Source: Candidatus Omnitrophota bacterium (GTDB lineage Bacteria > Omnitrophota > Gorgyraeia > Gygaellales > JAHJCI01). Taken from it: 64,000 nt of DNA. The position numbers were made by a program, and so were the translations under genes. Below, in pieces: positions 13,046-22,715 of this stretch (positions are counted from its first letter, which is position 1; every line of letters starts with the position of its first letter). The notes under the pieces were generated by a model, which saw only the letters and a list, made by a program, of their open reading frames with translations, was not told the origin of the DNA and did no database searches. Location: the NCBI GenBank assembly GCA_016783355.1, contig JADHWR010000001.1, positions 6,072-70,071 on the forward strand. Reading direction: 5' to 3'.

Positions 13046-13726
13046 TTAAATAATAATACTTAAGCCCGGATTCATTGTTGAGCTCAAAATTGCCCTCTTA
13101 ATAAATTTCACCCTTAGCCCCTCTGGTTGAGCAAGCTTCACTGCTTCAATTACAGAAGATATATTAGCCAGAAGTTTCTCTGGAGCAAAAGAAATTCTGC
13201 CAACAGACAAATGAATCCCGCTAAGTTTGTCAACTTTAAACTCAACCTTGCCCTTTTTTAATTCTTCGATGGCGCCAGCCACATTATTGGTAACAGTGCC
13301 TGTTTTTGGACTGGGCATAAGTCCGCGCGGACCGAGTATTTTTCCTAAGCGAGAAACAGTCTTCATCATTTCGGGCGTAGCAATAACACGCTCAAAATCC
13401 AGGAAGCCGGCAGCCACCTTCTGTATTAAATCTTCTGCCCCTACAAAATCTGCACCTTTATCCTTTGCTGCTGCTGCTTCTTCGCCTTTAGCAAAAACAG
13501 CAATTCTCACTTTTTTCCCTGTTCCATGCGGCAACAATACTGTGCCGCGAACCATCTGCTCTGACCTCTTTGGGTCAACGCCTAAATGCAAATGTAAATC
13601 CAGAGAGGTATCAAAATTTGCCTTTGTTACTTCTTTTAAAAGCGCAACAGCTTCCTTTAAAGAATACAATTTCTCTTTATCGATGAGCTTCTCTATTTCT
13701 TTGTATCTTCTACTGCGTCTTCTCAT
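13046..13726 (-). CDS. rplA: 50S ribosomal protein L1
   Basis: 226 aa. Has [22 protein letters not shown] and [15 protein letters not shown]. Confidence 0.95.
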   Translation of the reverse strand: MRRRSRRYKEIEKLIDKEKLYSLKEAVALLKEVTKANFDTSLDLHLHLGVDPKRSEQMVRGTVLLPHGTGKKVRIAVFAKGEEAAAAKDKGADFVGAEDLIQKVAAGFLDFERVIATPEMMKTVSRLGKILGPRGLMPSPKTGTVTNNVAGAIEELKKGKVEFKVDKLSGIHLSVGRISFAPEKLLANISSVIEAVKLAQPEGLRVKFIKRAILSSTMNPGLSIII

Positions 13727-14150
13727 CTGAACCTACCTTAATCCCCATGCTTCGCGCTGTTCCTTCGACAATCTTCATTGCTTTATCCAGATTCTCCGTG
13801 TTTAAATCGCCCAATTTCTTTTTGGCAATTTCCTCAACTTGTTTTTTTGAAACCACGCCGATTGAATCTCGGCCTGCTGTCGCTGAGGCCTTGGCTAAAT
13901 TAGCCGCACGCTTTAAAAGGATAGAAGTAGGGGGGCTTTTTATAATAAAAGTAAAAGATCTGTCTTTATAAACACTGATCACAACGGGTAAAATCAGGTT
14001 TTCTTTGTCCTTTGTTTGTTCATTGAACTGCTTACAGAATTGCATGATATTAACACCGTGTTGGCCGAGGGTCGGACCCACAGGAGGCGCAGGATTTGCC
14101 GCACCTGCGGGAACATGCAATTTTATCTGCGCTTTAATTTGTTTTGCCAT
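13710..14150 (-). CDS. rplK: 50S ribosomal protein L11
   Basis: 146 aa. Has [28 protein letters not shown]. Confidence 0.95.
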   Translation of the reverse strand: MAKQIKAQIKLHVPAGAANPAPPVGPTLGQHGVNIMQFCKQFNEQTKDKENLILPVVISVYKDRSFTFIIKSPPTSILLKRAANLAKASATAGRDSIGVVSKKQVEEIAKKKLGDLNTENLDKAMKIVEGTARSMGIKVGSDEKTQ

Positions 14151-14677
14151 TATATCTTTTCAACCTGCCAATACTCCAGCTCTATGGGCGTTGCTCTTCC
14201 AAATATAGAAACAGTAACTTTGATCTTTCCCCGCTCAGGATTAGCCTCATCAACTGCTCCATTAAAATTCACGAACGGTCCTTCTGTTATGCGTACCTGC
14301 TCTCCTTGCTCAAAAGTAATCTTGGGGCTTGGCTTGACTTGAGTACTGGCCATTCTTTTTAGAATATTATCTACTTCTTCTTGTGAAACCGGTGTAGGCT
14401 TTTTGCCCGTGCCAATAAAACCAGTCACACCCGCTGACTTTCTAATCAAGGAATAAAGAGTATTGTTCAACTCTATCTTTAGCAGGAGGTAACCAGGAAA
14501 AAGCTTTCTCTGAGTTACCCTCTTTTTGCCTCCACGAATCTCAGATACCAGCTCTGTCGGTATAATAATTTCCGACATAAGATCCTCTACGCCCGCCTCT
14601 TTTGTTCTATATTCTAAGGTGCGCTTAACCTTTTCTTCGCTTCCTGCCTGACTATGAATGATATACCATTCTTTCAT
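14150..14677 (-). CDS. nusG: transcription termination/antitermination factor NusG
   Basis: 175 aa. Has the WY..H...G.E.KV start and a C-terminal KOW region (G..V.I..GPF..F.G.V), in secE-nusG-rplK synteny. Confidence 0.93.
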   Translation of the reverse strand: MKEWYIIHSQAGSEEKVKRTLEYRTKEAGVEDLMSEIIIPTELVSEIRGGKKRVTQRKLFPGYLLLKIELNNTLYSLIRKSAGVTGFIGTGKKPTPVSQEEVDNILKRMASTQVKPSPKITFEQGEQVRITEGPFVNFNGAVDEANPERGKIKVTVSIFGRATPIELEYWQVEKI

Positions 14678-14683
14678 TTGAAA

Positions 14684-14875
14684 TTAACGAAACAGCCAGC
14701 TTAAAATCCGTGACAAAAACAAATCAATGCTCCCAATAAAAGTAGCAACAATAAGAATAATGATAATCAAAGCGATTGTTGTGGCAATCAGCTCCTGACG
14801 AGTTGACCAGGAAACCTGTATCAATTCTGCCTTTACCTCTTTGAAAAAAATACCCGTTTTTTTAAATAAATTCAT
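14684..14875 (-). CDS. secE: preprotein translocase subunit SecE
   Basis: 63 aa with a single C-terminal TM helix, the FFKEVKAEL..V.W motif and the correct syntenic position. Confidence 0.85.
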   Translation of the reverse strand: MNLFKKTGIFFKEVKAELIQVSWSTRQELIATTIALIIIILIVATFIGSIDLFLSRILSWLFR

Positions 14876-14885
14876 CTCAGCAAAA

Positions 14886-14956
14886 CAGGAGCGGCAGGAA
14901 TCGAACCCGCAGTCACGGTTTTGGAGACCGTTGGTTTACCGTTAACCGACGCTCCT
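14886..14956 (-). tRNA. tRNA-Trp(CCA)
   Basis: The minus-strand sequence AGGAGCGTCGGTTAACGGTAAACCAACGGTCTCCAAAACCGTGACTGCGGGTTCGATTCCTGCCGCTCCTG folds as a cloverleaf. The anticodon loop is CTCCAAA. Confidence 0.9.
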
Positions 14957-14970
14957 TCAATGGGGCTCAC

Positions 14971-15120
14971 TTATTTTCTCTCCCGATGGACTGTATGCTT
15001 TCTACAAAACCGACAAAACTTTCTTAACTCCAAACGCTCAGTATGCTTCTTCTTATTTTTGGTTGTGGTAAAATTTTTATTACCACACTCTTTACATGCC
15101 AAGGTTATAATCTCACGCAT
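14971..15120 (-). CDS. rpmG: 50S ribosomal protein L33
   Basis: A 49-aa ORF absent from the track (too short): [49 protein letters not shown]. It has the CxxC...CxxC L33 pattern and the classic position between tRNA-Thr and tRNA-Trp/secE. Confidence 0.9.
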   Translation of the reverse strand: MREIITLACKECGNKNFTTTKNKKKHTERLELRKFCRFCRKHTVHRERK

Positions 15121-15134
15121 AATTCTCAAACCTC

Positions 15135-15206
15135 AGCTGCTGATGGGGATTGAACCCATGGCCTCATCATTACCAATGATGTGCTCTACCACTGAGCTAC
15201 AGCAGC
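15135..15206 (-). tRNA. tRNA-Thr(GGT)
   Basis: The minus-strand sequence GCTGCTGTAGCTCAGTGGTAGAGCACATCATTGGTAATGATGAGGCCATGGGTTCAATCCCCATCAGCAGCT folds as a cloverleaf. The anticodon loop is TTGGTAA. Confidence 0.9.
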
Positions 15207-15224
15207 ATATGGACATAAAAAATT

Positions 15225-15252
15225 AGTTTAACATCAAAAGTTATTTTGTCAA
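15225..15252 (-). promoter_or_regulatory. Candidate sigma70-type promoter for the tRNA-Thr/rpmG/secE/nusG/r-protein/rpoBC transcription unit
   Basis: The minus strand reads TTGACA (15252-15247), then 16 nt, then TAAACT (15230-15225) preceded by TGT (extended -10). It lies about 18 nt upstream of the tRNA-Thr 5' end. Confidence 0.45.
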
Positions 15253-15302
15253 ATCTTTTTTGAAGATTTTTAAGGGACCTTTTAAAAATATTTTTAGGGG
15301 GA

Positions 15303-15656
15303 TTAAGCGGAAGTAATACGATTGTTCTCGCAAACAAAGACAGTCTGTGGTTTTATTGTTTTTGCCTCATTTTCATCTACTAAGGCATAAGCAAGAATAA
15401 CTATTTCATCCCCTACATAACCAGAACGTGCAGCAGGGCCATTAAGGCAGACCTTTCCTGAATTCTCGGCTGCAGGGATAGCATATGTTTCAATACGTGA
15501 ACCATTATTAAGATTCAAAACTTCAACCTTTTCACCCTCCATAATATTAGCTGCCCGAAGAAGCGCCTTATCAACAGTAATGCTGCCTGAATAAAAAAGC
15601 GCAACCTCAGTTACCTTTACTCTATGTATTTTTGACTTTAATACTGTAATTAACAT
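15303..15656 (-). CDS. panD: aspartate 1-decarboxylase
   Basis: 117 aa. Has MLITVLKSKIHRVKVTE..L.Y.GSITVD, the self-processing G-S site. Confidence 0.92.
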   Translation of the reverse strand: MLITVLKSKIHRVKVTEVALFYSGSITVDKALLRAANIMEGEKVEVLNLNNGSRIETYAIPAAENSGKVCLNGPAARSGYVGDEIVILAYALVDENEAKTIKPQTVFVCENNRITSA

Positions 15657-15672
15657 TATGTTTAGCCCAACC

Positions 15673-16326
15673 TTATTCTAAGGCCTTTAAAAGCTCCTCA
15701 CCGAACTCTTTAGCTGCAAATGGACCAGCGGCAGTAATAATATTGCCATCTCTTACTACAGCTCCCCCTGTATAGTTAGCTCCTGCTTGTTGTAACTTCC
15801 CTGCTTCACTTGACCAAACAGTGGCAGATTTACCTTTAAGTAAGCCTGCCTTCGCCAGGATTACAGGAGCAATACAAATTGCGCCAACGATTTTATTTGC
15901 GGCAGAGGCATCCAATGCAATCTTATGGGCTTTGGCATTATCCCAATAAACGCTTGCACCACTGCCACCTATAAAAACCACAGCATCAAAATCAAAAGGA
16001 CTTAGCTCTTCAATCGTTAAATCAGGCTTTATTTTTGCTCCTAACATGCCCTGGGCATAATCTTGCGTAAAAGCAGCAACCTTAACTTCACAGCCTGCAT
16101 CCTCTAAAACCTGTTTGGGAATAAGTAGCTCTTCATCTCTGAAATTTTTCTGCGCAATAATCATCACTACTTTTTTCATCTCTTGGCCTCCTGCCTGCCC
16201 CGTTAGAAACTTTGTTTTTAACGGGGCCTGCGCCCAAACAACCTTTAAGAAAAAGGCACAAAAAAATCCAACCATTAAGCAAAAAACTGTTGTCCATTTC
16301 TGAAGTAGAACAAGATTCTTATTCAA
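15673..16326 (-). CDS. DJ-1/PfpI family protein (N-terminal hydrophobic extension; alternative start at MKKVVMII)
   Basis: Has the DJ-1 core VMIIAQKNFRDEEL and the nucleophile-elbow-like AICIAP. The N-terminal 50 aa contain the 29-bp TIR element. Confidence 0.8.
   Translation of the reverse strand: MNKNLVLLQKWTTVFCLMVGFFCAFFLKVVWAQAPLKTKFLTGQAGGQEMKKVVMIIAQKNFRDEELLIPKQVLEDAGCEVKVAAFTQDYAQGMLGAKIKPDLTIEELSPFDFDAVVFIGGSGASVYWDNAKAHKIALDASAANKIVGAICIAPVILAKAGLLKGKSATVWSSEAGKLQQAGANYTGGAVVRDGNIITAAGPFAAKEFGEELLKALE
16198..16226. mobile_element. 29-bp minimal TIR element (CCCCGTTAGAAAC-ttt-GTTTTTAACGGGG) flanked by cctg/cctg
   Basis: The sequence reads cctg|ccccgttagaaactttgtttttaacgggg|cctg. 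It translates as PLKTKFLTG inside the DJ-1 ORF. Confidence 0.7.
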
Positions 16327-17389
16327 CGCGCTTTTTCGTAATTAAATTGTAGGTCTTGCAGGCAATCATTAATTCCTCATTTGTTGCCACAACTAAAATT
16401 TTTGGTATTTCTTTAAAATAAGAAAAGAGGTCTTGGCAGATTTTTTCTCGAAGATTAGCCTCATTTTCACCTATGCCTGCGGTAAATATTACTGCATCGC
16501 AACCACCCATAATCCCTGCGTAGGCACTAATATACTTTCTGATACGATAAACAAAAACATCAATTGCCAAACGTGCGCGTTTGTTGCCATTTTGGGCTTC
16601 CTTTTCTATGATGCGCATATCATTGCTCAGGCCGGAAATTCCCTTTAATCCACTTTTTTTATTGAGAACATTTTCTACCTTTTTGCTATCCCAATGTCTT
16701 TCATGTTGCAAATAAGTAATTATTGCCGGGTCAATATCCCCGCAGCGTGTACCCATAATTAAACCCTCTAATGGCGTAAAACCCATACTTGTATCAATGA
16801 CCTTACCAAACTTTATTGCGGTGATACTACAACCATTGCCTAAATGACAGGTAATCAGCTTTAATTTTGCCAAAGACCGGCCTAATCTCCTCGCTGCCTC
16901 CTGGGCAACATACTCATGACTCGATCCGTGAAAACCATATCTTCTTATTGCATACTGCTGATAAAAGCGATAAGGCAAACCGTAGATATAGGCGTATTCT
17001 GGCAATGTTTGATGATAAGCAGTATCAAAAACAGCGACCTGAGGAACAGCACCCATTAGTTTCTTACAAGCACGGACACCAGCTAAATTTGCTGGATTAT
17101 GCAAAGGTGCAAGCAAACAACAACGCCGGATATCAAGAATAACCTCCTTGTTAATCAAAACCGGCTTTTTAAACTGCTCGCCACCGTGAACAACACGATG
17201 ACCAATACCGTCAACCTTGTGTTTAATCGAAGATAAAACCACCTTAAGCCCGGCGTAATGATTCTTTGTCTTTGCGTCCTTTTCTCCAATATGGTCGATT
17301 AGACCTCTTTCTAATACCTCTTGCTTAGGCATGGAAAAGAGCTCATATTTAATAGAAGAGCTGCCACAATTAATAACCAAAATATTCAT
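16319..17389 (-). CDS. ackA: acetate kinase
   Basis: MNILVINCGSSSIKYELF is the AckA N-terminus. The likely start is the 12th codon (17389), which forms an ATGA overlap with the pta stop. Confidence 0.9.
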   Translation of the reverse strand: MNILVINCGSSSIKYELFSMPKQEVLERGLIDHIGEKDAKTKNHYAGLKVVLSSIKHKVDGIGHRVVHGGEQFKKPVLINKEVILDIRRCCLLAPLHNPANLAGVRACKKLMGAVPQVAVFDTAYHQTLPEYAYIYGLPYRFYQQYAIRRYGFHGSSHEYVAQEAARRLGRSLAKLKLITCHLGNGCSITAIKFGKVIDTSMGFTPLEGLIMGTRCGDIDPAIITYLQHERHWDSKKVENVLNKKSGLKGISGLSNDMRIIEKEAQNGNKRARLAIDVFVYRIRKYISAYAGIMGGCDAVIFTAGIGENEANLREKICQDLFSYFKEIPKILVVATNEELMIACKTYNLITKKRVE

Positions 17390-18321
17390 TTTTGTGCCCG
17401 TATTGCTGTTACTGCCACACAATCAACAATATCTTCAACACTACAACTACGCGAAAGATCAGAACACGGCCTTTTCAGACCCAAAAGCAAGGGTCCTAAT
17501 GCACGAGCTCGAGCTAAACGCTGCACCAATTTATAACTAATGTTTCCTGCTTCTAAATCAGGAAAGATAAGTACGTTTGCCCTTCCGGCTAAAACCTTAT
17601 CTGCCTGTTTTATACGCGCAAACTCAGGGATGATTGCTGCATCAACCTGCAGCTCTCCATCAATTAAAAGTTGTGGTCTTATCGAACAAGCAATATTTAG
17701 TGCCTCTTTTATCCGATCAATCTCCCAGCCACTTGCTGAATTTTTAGTAGAATAACTTAAGAAAGCCACTCGTGGCTCTATAGCCAGAACCTTCTCGGTG
17801 AATTGCGCTGCTTCTATTGCAATATAGGCAAGCTGCTCAGGGCTTGGTTGAGGAATAATGCCGCAGTCCGCAAAAACAAAAACTCCCTCTTCGCCGTAAG
17901 AGCAATTTGGCACAATCATAACAAAGCAACTTGAGGCAATACCCATTTGCTCATCAATTCCTAAACAGTGAATTGCTGCCCGGGCAACCTCTGAAGTTGA
18001 ATGAGAAGCACCCGCAACAAAGCCATCTGCTTGCGCCTCTCTAACCATCATTGCTGCATAATAGAGTAGCGAAGATAGTGCTTTGCGGCTGTCTTCAAGG
18101 CTATCCCCCTTAGCTTTACGCAAAGAAAAAAAATCCTCTGTATATCTTTTTTGCTTTTCTTTATCAATATTCTCTGGTGTTAAAAGACAAATCTTGGCAA
18201 TCCCTTCTTTTTCAATAATCTGCGCTGCCTGCTTTACCCGCTGATCATCATATTCAGGCAGAACAATCCTCTTTCTTGTTGCTTTCGCACGTTCTCTTAT
18301 CTTGCTAATTATATCAGACAT
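17386..18321 (-). CDS. pta: phosphate acetyltransferase (short, PTA-PTB domain only)
   Basis: 311 aa. Has IVLPE..D.RV..AA, the SHST..V.RAA-like motif and LLLG...P..DLSR.CS...I. Confidence 0.88.
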   Translation of the reverse strand: MSDIISKIRERAKATRKRIVLPEYDDQRVKQAAQIIEKEGIAKICLLTPENIDKEKQKRYTEDFFSLRKAKGDSLEDSRKALSSLLYYAAMMVREAQADGFVAGASHSTSEVARAAIHCLGIDEQMGIASSCFVMIVPNCSYGEEGVFVFADCGIIPQPSPEQLAYIAIEAAQFTEKVLAIEPRVAFLSYSTKNSASGWEIDRIKEALNIACSIRPQLLIDGELQVDAAIIPEFARIKQADKVLAGRANVLIFPDLEAGNISYKLVQRLARARALGPLLLGLKRPCSDLSRSCSVEDIVDCVAVTAIRAQK

Positions 18322-18384
18322 AATTACTTAAGATACTATAGATTTTATCTATATGCAAGCAAGAAAATCACTTCGTGATATCTT

Positions 18385-19005
18385 TTATCCTTTTATCTTC
18401 CTCATAAACTGCTTGAGCTTAATCGGGTCTTTCTTGCCCGGATATATCTCAAGCGAGCTTGAGGCATCTATCCACTGAGGATGAACAATCTCTATTGCCC
18501 TTTTTATATTGTCGGGGTTAAGTCCGCCAGAAAGAAACAGGCACTTGCCTGTCACCCTAAAAAAACCTTTGAGGGCCTGCCAATTAAATGTCTTGCCTGT
18601 TCCGCCAAATTGACAAGGAGTGAAACTATCAAATAAGTATGCCCACACATCTTTATATTTAAATATGCTTTTGGGTTTTATTTTATCTTTTATGCGAAAT
18701 GCCTTGATTACTTTATAATCCTTAAAACAAGAGCAGAATTCGGCAGATTCTTTTCCATGGAATTGCAAGACATCTAATTTTAGGTCTTTAGCAATCCTCC
18801 TAATTGTTGACTTTCGTGTATTCACAAATACTCCAATTCTTAATATCCTGCGGGGTAGCTTTTGTAAAATCTGTTTTGCTTTGACAGGATTTATATAGCG
18901 TGGGCTCTTTCTGTAAAAGATAAAACCCAGAGCATCTGCGCCAAACTTAGTGGCGCTTAAGGCATCTTCTAAGTTGGTTATTCCGCAAATCTTAACCTTT
19001 GTCAT
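18385..19005 (-). CDS. trpF: phosphoribosylanthranilate isomerase
   Basis: MTKVKICGIT...A...GADALGFIF motif. The start is taken at the internal Met; the ORF-track N-terminal extension overlaps trpC. Confidence 0.88.
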   Translation of the reverse strand: MTKVKICGITNLEDALSATKFGADALGFIFYRKSPRYINPVKAKQILQKLPRRILRIGVFVNTRKSTIRRIAKDLKLDVLQFHGKESAEFCSCFKDYKVIKAFRIKDKIKPKSIFKYKDVWAYLFDSFTPCQFGGTGKTFNWQALKGFFRVTGKCLFLSGGLNPDNIKRAIEIVHPQWIDASSSLEIYPGKKDPIKLKQFMRKIKG

Positions 19006-19018
19006 GGATGGAAGGTGG

Positions 19019-19804
19019 TCAGACTCTAAAGATTTCCTGAATCTTTGACTTGATATCTTCGGCAGCCATAAATGTCTCACCAATTAAAACAGCTTTTACC
19101 CCTAAGACTTTTAGGAATAATATATCCTGATGGCTCTTAATTCCGCTCTCAATAACGACAATCTTTCCGCTGGGAACAAGAGGAAATAACCTTTCCACAG
19201 TCCGCGGGTCCATCTCCAGGGTATGTAAATTGCGGTTATTTATCCCAATCAAGTCTGCGCCTGCCTTCAGTGCCTTTTTTAAATCCTTTTCTGAACTTAC
19301 CTCAACAAGGCAGTCTAAATTGAGGTCCTTTGCTAATCCGAGAAACTCTCCCAATAAAGCCTGCGGTAATAAATCGGCAATTAAGAGTATTGCATCAGCG
19401 CCAAATGCCCTTGATTCATAAATCTGATAAGGGTCAAAGATGAAGTCTTTTCTTAAGAGAGGTAAATCTACGGTATCGCGTATCTGACTGAGATAATTTA
19501 TATCACCTTGAAAATAATCCTCCTCTGTTAAAACAGATATACAAGAGACGCCAGCCTCTTCATAGATCAAGGCAATCTCTTTTGCATCAAAATCTTTACG
19601 GATAAGCCCTGCACTGGGAGAGGCCTTTTTGATTTCAGCAATAAGGGATAATTTGTGGGGTTTATTTATCGCCTTAATAAATGGTCGCCGCGGCCCAGAA
19701 TTCCTGGCTCTTGCTAATAACTCATTTTCCTTAATCGCAAGTTTAGCCTGAGTAAGTCTTTCCCTTTTCTTGGCAACAATTTCATAGAGAATATCTTTTT
19801 TCAT
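19019..19804 (-). CDS. trpC: indole-3-glycerol phosphate synthase
   Basis: 261 aa. Has IAEIKKASPS.G.I and SVLTEE..F.G....L...R. The KDFI-type motif is present. Confidence 0.92.
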   Translation of the reverse strand: MKKDILYEIVAKKRERLTQAKLAIKENELLARARNSGPRRPFIKAINKPHKLSLIAEIKKASPSAGLIRKDFDAKEIALIYEEAGVSCISVLTEEDYFQGDINYLSQIRDTVDLPLLRKDFIFDPYQIYESRAFGADAILLIADLLPQALLGEFLGLAKDLNLDCLVEVSSEKDLKKALKAGADLIGINNRNLHTLEMDPRTVERLFPLVPSGKIVVIESGIKSHQDILFLKVLGVKAVLIGETFMAAEDIKSKIQEIFRV

Positions 19805-19807
19805 CTT

Positions 19808-20896
19808 CTATCGCGAATATTGACGTAACAACTCCAATTTTTCCAACGCCTTGCCAGAATCAATTGTCTCTTTAGCTAAATTTAGTGCCTCTTTCAGGTC
19901 TCCTGCCTTTCCTCCTAAATAAAGACCAGCAGCAGCATTAAAAACAACAATATCCCTTTTTGCCCCTTTCTCTTTACCTGTTAGTATATCGGTTAGAATC
20001 TTACTGTTTCCCTTGATTGTCTTACCAGATAACTCCTCAGGATGGACTAATCTAAGGCCGAAATCCCGGGGATCTATGAAGTAGTTCTTAATCCTGCCCT
20101 CAAGGGTTAACTCAGAGACCTTGGTTTTGCCTAAAGTTGAAATCTCATCCATTCCACGTTTCGCTTCTCTATCATACCCATAGACAACCATTGCTCTACT
20201 TGCACCTAAAAGCTTAAGGGCTTGGGCAAGCATTGGTGTCAACTGCGGTTGATTTACCCCTAATAACTGAATTACCTGCGGCTGTCTCAGTTTCTTGCCT
20301 TGCTTTCTTAAGGAAGAAAAAACAGGATTAACCAGCGGCCCAAGAATATTAAACACAGTAGGAATACCTAATTCCCGACGAACCTTTTGCACATTCTTAA
20401 AGGCCTGATGATATAAAGGTGCAAAGATAAAGGAAATACCTATCTCCTTTAAAGCCACAACTGCCTTTATCGGCTCCATATAGATATTAATCCCTAAGTT
20501 TTCTAATATATCCGCACTTCCGCATCTGGAGGTGATGGCACGATTTCCGTGTTTGGCAACCGTTATCCCATTAGCAGCTAAAATAAACATGACTGTTGTC
20601 GAAATGTTGAAAGTATTAATTGTTCCTCCTCCTGTGCCACAGGTGTCCCCTAATATTGATACCTCTTTTATCTGTCGCGTGGGGATCTGACGGGCCATGC
20701 TTCTTAATCTAAAAGCAAAACTGGCAAGCTCCCTTGCATTTACTTGCTTTATTTGCAGGGCAGTCAAAAAGGCAGCCTGCTCGGCCTCTTTGACCTTGCC
20801 GGACATAAGTGTTGTCATTGCCAAAGACGCATCCCTGGGCGATAAATCCCTTCCCTCCATAAGTTGCTCAATATAAATTGTTAATGATTGCTTCAT
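19808..20896 (-). CDS. trpD: anthranilate phosphoribosyltransferase
   Basis: 362 aa. Has the DTCGTGG...NTFNISTT and KHGNRA.TS..GSAD motifs. Confidence 0.93.
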   Translation of the reverse strand: MKQSLTIYIEQLMEGRDLSPRDASLAMTTLMSGKVKEAEQAAFLTALQIKQVNARELASFAFRLRSMARQIPTRQIKEVSILGDTCGTGGGTINTFNISTTVMFILAANGITVAKHGNRAITSRCGSADILENLGINIYMEPIKAVVALKEIGISFIFAPLYHQAFKNVQKVRRELGIPTVFNILGPLVNPVFSSLRKQGKKLRQPQVIQLLGVNQPQLTPMLAQALKLLGASRAMVVYGYDREAKRGMDEISTLGKTKVSELTLEGRIKNYFIDPRDFGLRLVHPEELSGKTIKGNSKILTDILTGKEKGAKRDIVVFNAAAGLYLGGKAGDLKEALNLAKETIDSGKALEKLELLRQYSR

Positions 20897-21456
20897 AGCT
20901 TTAAAAAGTTTCCTAGGATATCCTTACCAACCTTTGTCAATATTGACTCAGGATGAAATTGCACACCCCATAGAGGAAATTTGCGGTGTTTTAGAGCCAT
21001 AATCTCTTTATCTTTTGTCCGGGCAATCACCTTCAAGACACGAGGTAAGTTCTTATTACTTACGCTCAAAGAATGATACCGCGTCGCCTCAAAAGGAGAG
21101 GGAATATTCTTAAAGATATCCTTGCCATTATGGAAAATTTGTGAGGTTTTTCCGTGCATCAGTCTCCTTGCCTGCACAATCTTTGCTCCAAAAACATATC
21201 CTAAGCATTGATGGCCAAGACAGACTCCTAAAACAGGAATTTTACCGGCAAATTCTTTAATTAGATGAGTCGATATCCCCGCATTTTCTGGTCTTCCTGG
21301 ACCAGGAGAGATAACAATCTGCTGAGGTTTCAGTTGTCTAATCTGTGTTATGCTAATTTTGTCATTTCTAAATACCCTTAATCTTGCGCCCAGCTCGCCC
21401 AGGTATTGAACAAGATTATAGGTAAAGGAGTCGTAGTTGTCAATTACTAATATCAA
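20893..21456 (-). CDS. trpG: anthranilate/aminodeoxychorismate synthase glutamine amidotransferase component
   Basis: 187 aa. Has MILVIDNYDSFTYNLVQYL, the catalytic GVCLGHQ and the FHPES triad. Confidence 0.93.
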   Translation of the reverse strand: MILVIDNYDSFTYNLVQYLGELGARLRVFRNDKISITQIRQLKPQQIVISPGPGRPENAGISTHLIKEFAGKIPVLGVCLGHQCLGYVFGAKIVQARRLMHGKTSQIFHNGKDIFKNIPSPFEATRYHSLSVSNKNLPRVLKVIARTKDKEIMALKHRKFPLWGVQFHPESILTKVGKDILGNFLKL

Positions 21457-22715
21457 ACTTTGTGCCTCCGGATTTTTGCTCCAACGCTTCTTAATTTTCC
21501 CTCCAGATTATCATAGCCCCGCTCAAGATGATAAATACGCAAAATTTGCGTCTTTGCGCGTGCTGCCAATCCAGCTAAGATAAGGCTTGCCGAAGCCCTC
21601 AGGTCTGAAGCCATAACCTTTGCGCCTGAGAGCCTCTTTACCCCTTCGACAATCGCATAGGGTCCTTCGCGTTTAATTCGTGTCCCCATTCGATTAAGTT
21701 CAGCGATATGCATAAATCGATCAGGATAAACCTTCTCTGTAATTATGCTTACTCCCGGTGTCACAGCCATCAGAGCCATCATCTGTGCCTGCATATCAGT
21801 GGGAAATCCAGGATAAGGGAGGGTGGTAATATTTACTGGTTTTAACTGAGCGCGGGCTTTAATTACAAGGCAATGCTCAGACTTCTTAATCCACGCTCCT
21901 GCCTGTTCCAATTTATCAATTACTGCACCAAAATGACGCCAATTAACGTTCTTAAGTTTCAGTTCGCCCTTCGTAATCAAACTGGCAATCATAAATGTCC
22001 CTGCCTCGATACGGTCAGGGATAATCTTATGTGTTGCGCCATAGAGTAACTTTTTTCCTCTGATCTCTATAATTGGCGTGCCTGCTCCCTTAATTTCTGC
22101 CCCCATCTTAATCAGAAACTCTGCCAAATCAACAACCTCTGGTTCACAGGCAGCGCCTTCAATAGTAGTCGTGCCAGAAGCTAATGTCCCTGCCATCATC
22201 ACATTTGCTGTTGCCAGAACAGAAGAGCCAAATTCGCCCTCTAAAAATATGTGATTACCGCAAAGTCCCTTTGTCTTTCCCAAAACATAGCCGCTATTAA
22301 TATCAATATCTGCACCCAGAGAAGATAATCCCTTAAGATGTAAGTCAACTGGCCGCACACCAATAACACAACCACCAGGCAAAGAGACCTTTGCCTTTTT
22401 TAACTTTGCTAAAAGAGGCCCGAGCACGCAAAAGGAGGCGCGCATTGTCGAAACCAACCGATAATCGGCAATCCACCGGGTCTTCTTTGTGTGTCTTACG
22501 CAGATTCTGCCATCTTGAAAATCTACGGATTTGCCCAGACTGCGCAATATCTTGATCATTGTCTGGGTATCGCGAAGCCTGGGTGCACCCTCTATATTAC
22601 AGGGCTCCTCAGTCAGAAGTGTTGCTGCTAAAATTGGCAGGAGGGCATTCTTTGCGCCAGAAATTGTAACTTCGCCTTTTAATCTGTGGTCGCCTTCAAT
22701 AATCAACTTATCCAT
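21453..22715 (-). CDS. murA: UDP-N-acetylglucosamine 1-carboxyvinyltransferase
   Basis: 420 aa. Has G.V.ISGAKNA.LPILAA.LL, the catalytic-loop region LPGGCVIG.RPVDLH and FPTD.QAQ. Confidence 0.95.
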   Translation of the reverse strand: MDKLIIEGDHRLKGEVTISGAKNALLPILAATLLTEEPCNIEGAPRLRDTQTMIKILRSLGKSVDFQDGRICVRHTKKTRWIADYRLVSTMRASFCVLGPLLAKLKKAKVSLPGGCVIGVRPVDLHLKGLSSLGADIDINSGYVLGKTKGLCGNHIFLEGEFGSSVLATANVMMAGTLASGTTTIEGAACEPEVVDLAEFLIKMGAEIKGAGTPIIEIRGKKLLYGATHKIIPDRIEAGTFMIASLITKGELKLKNVNWRHFGAVIDKLEQAGAWIKKSEHCLVIKARAQLKPVNITTLPYPGFPTDMQAQMMALMAVTPGVSIITEKVYPDRFMHIAELNRMGTRIKREGPYAIVEGVKRLSGAKVMASDLRASASLILAGLAARAKTQILRIYHLERGYDNLEGKLRSVGAKIRRHKV

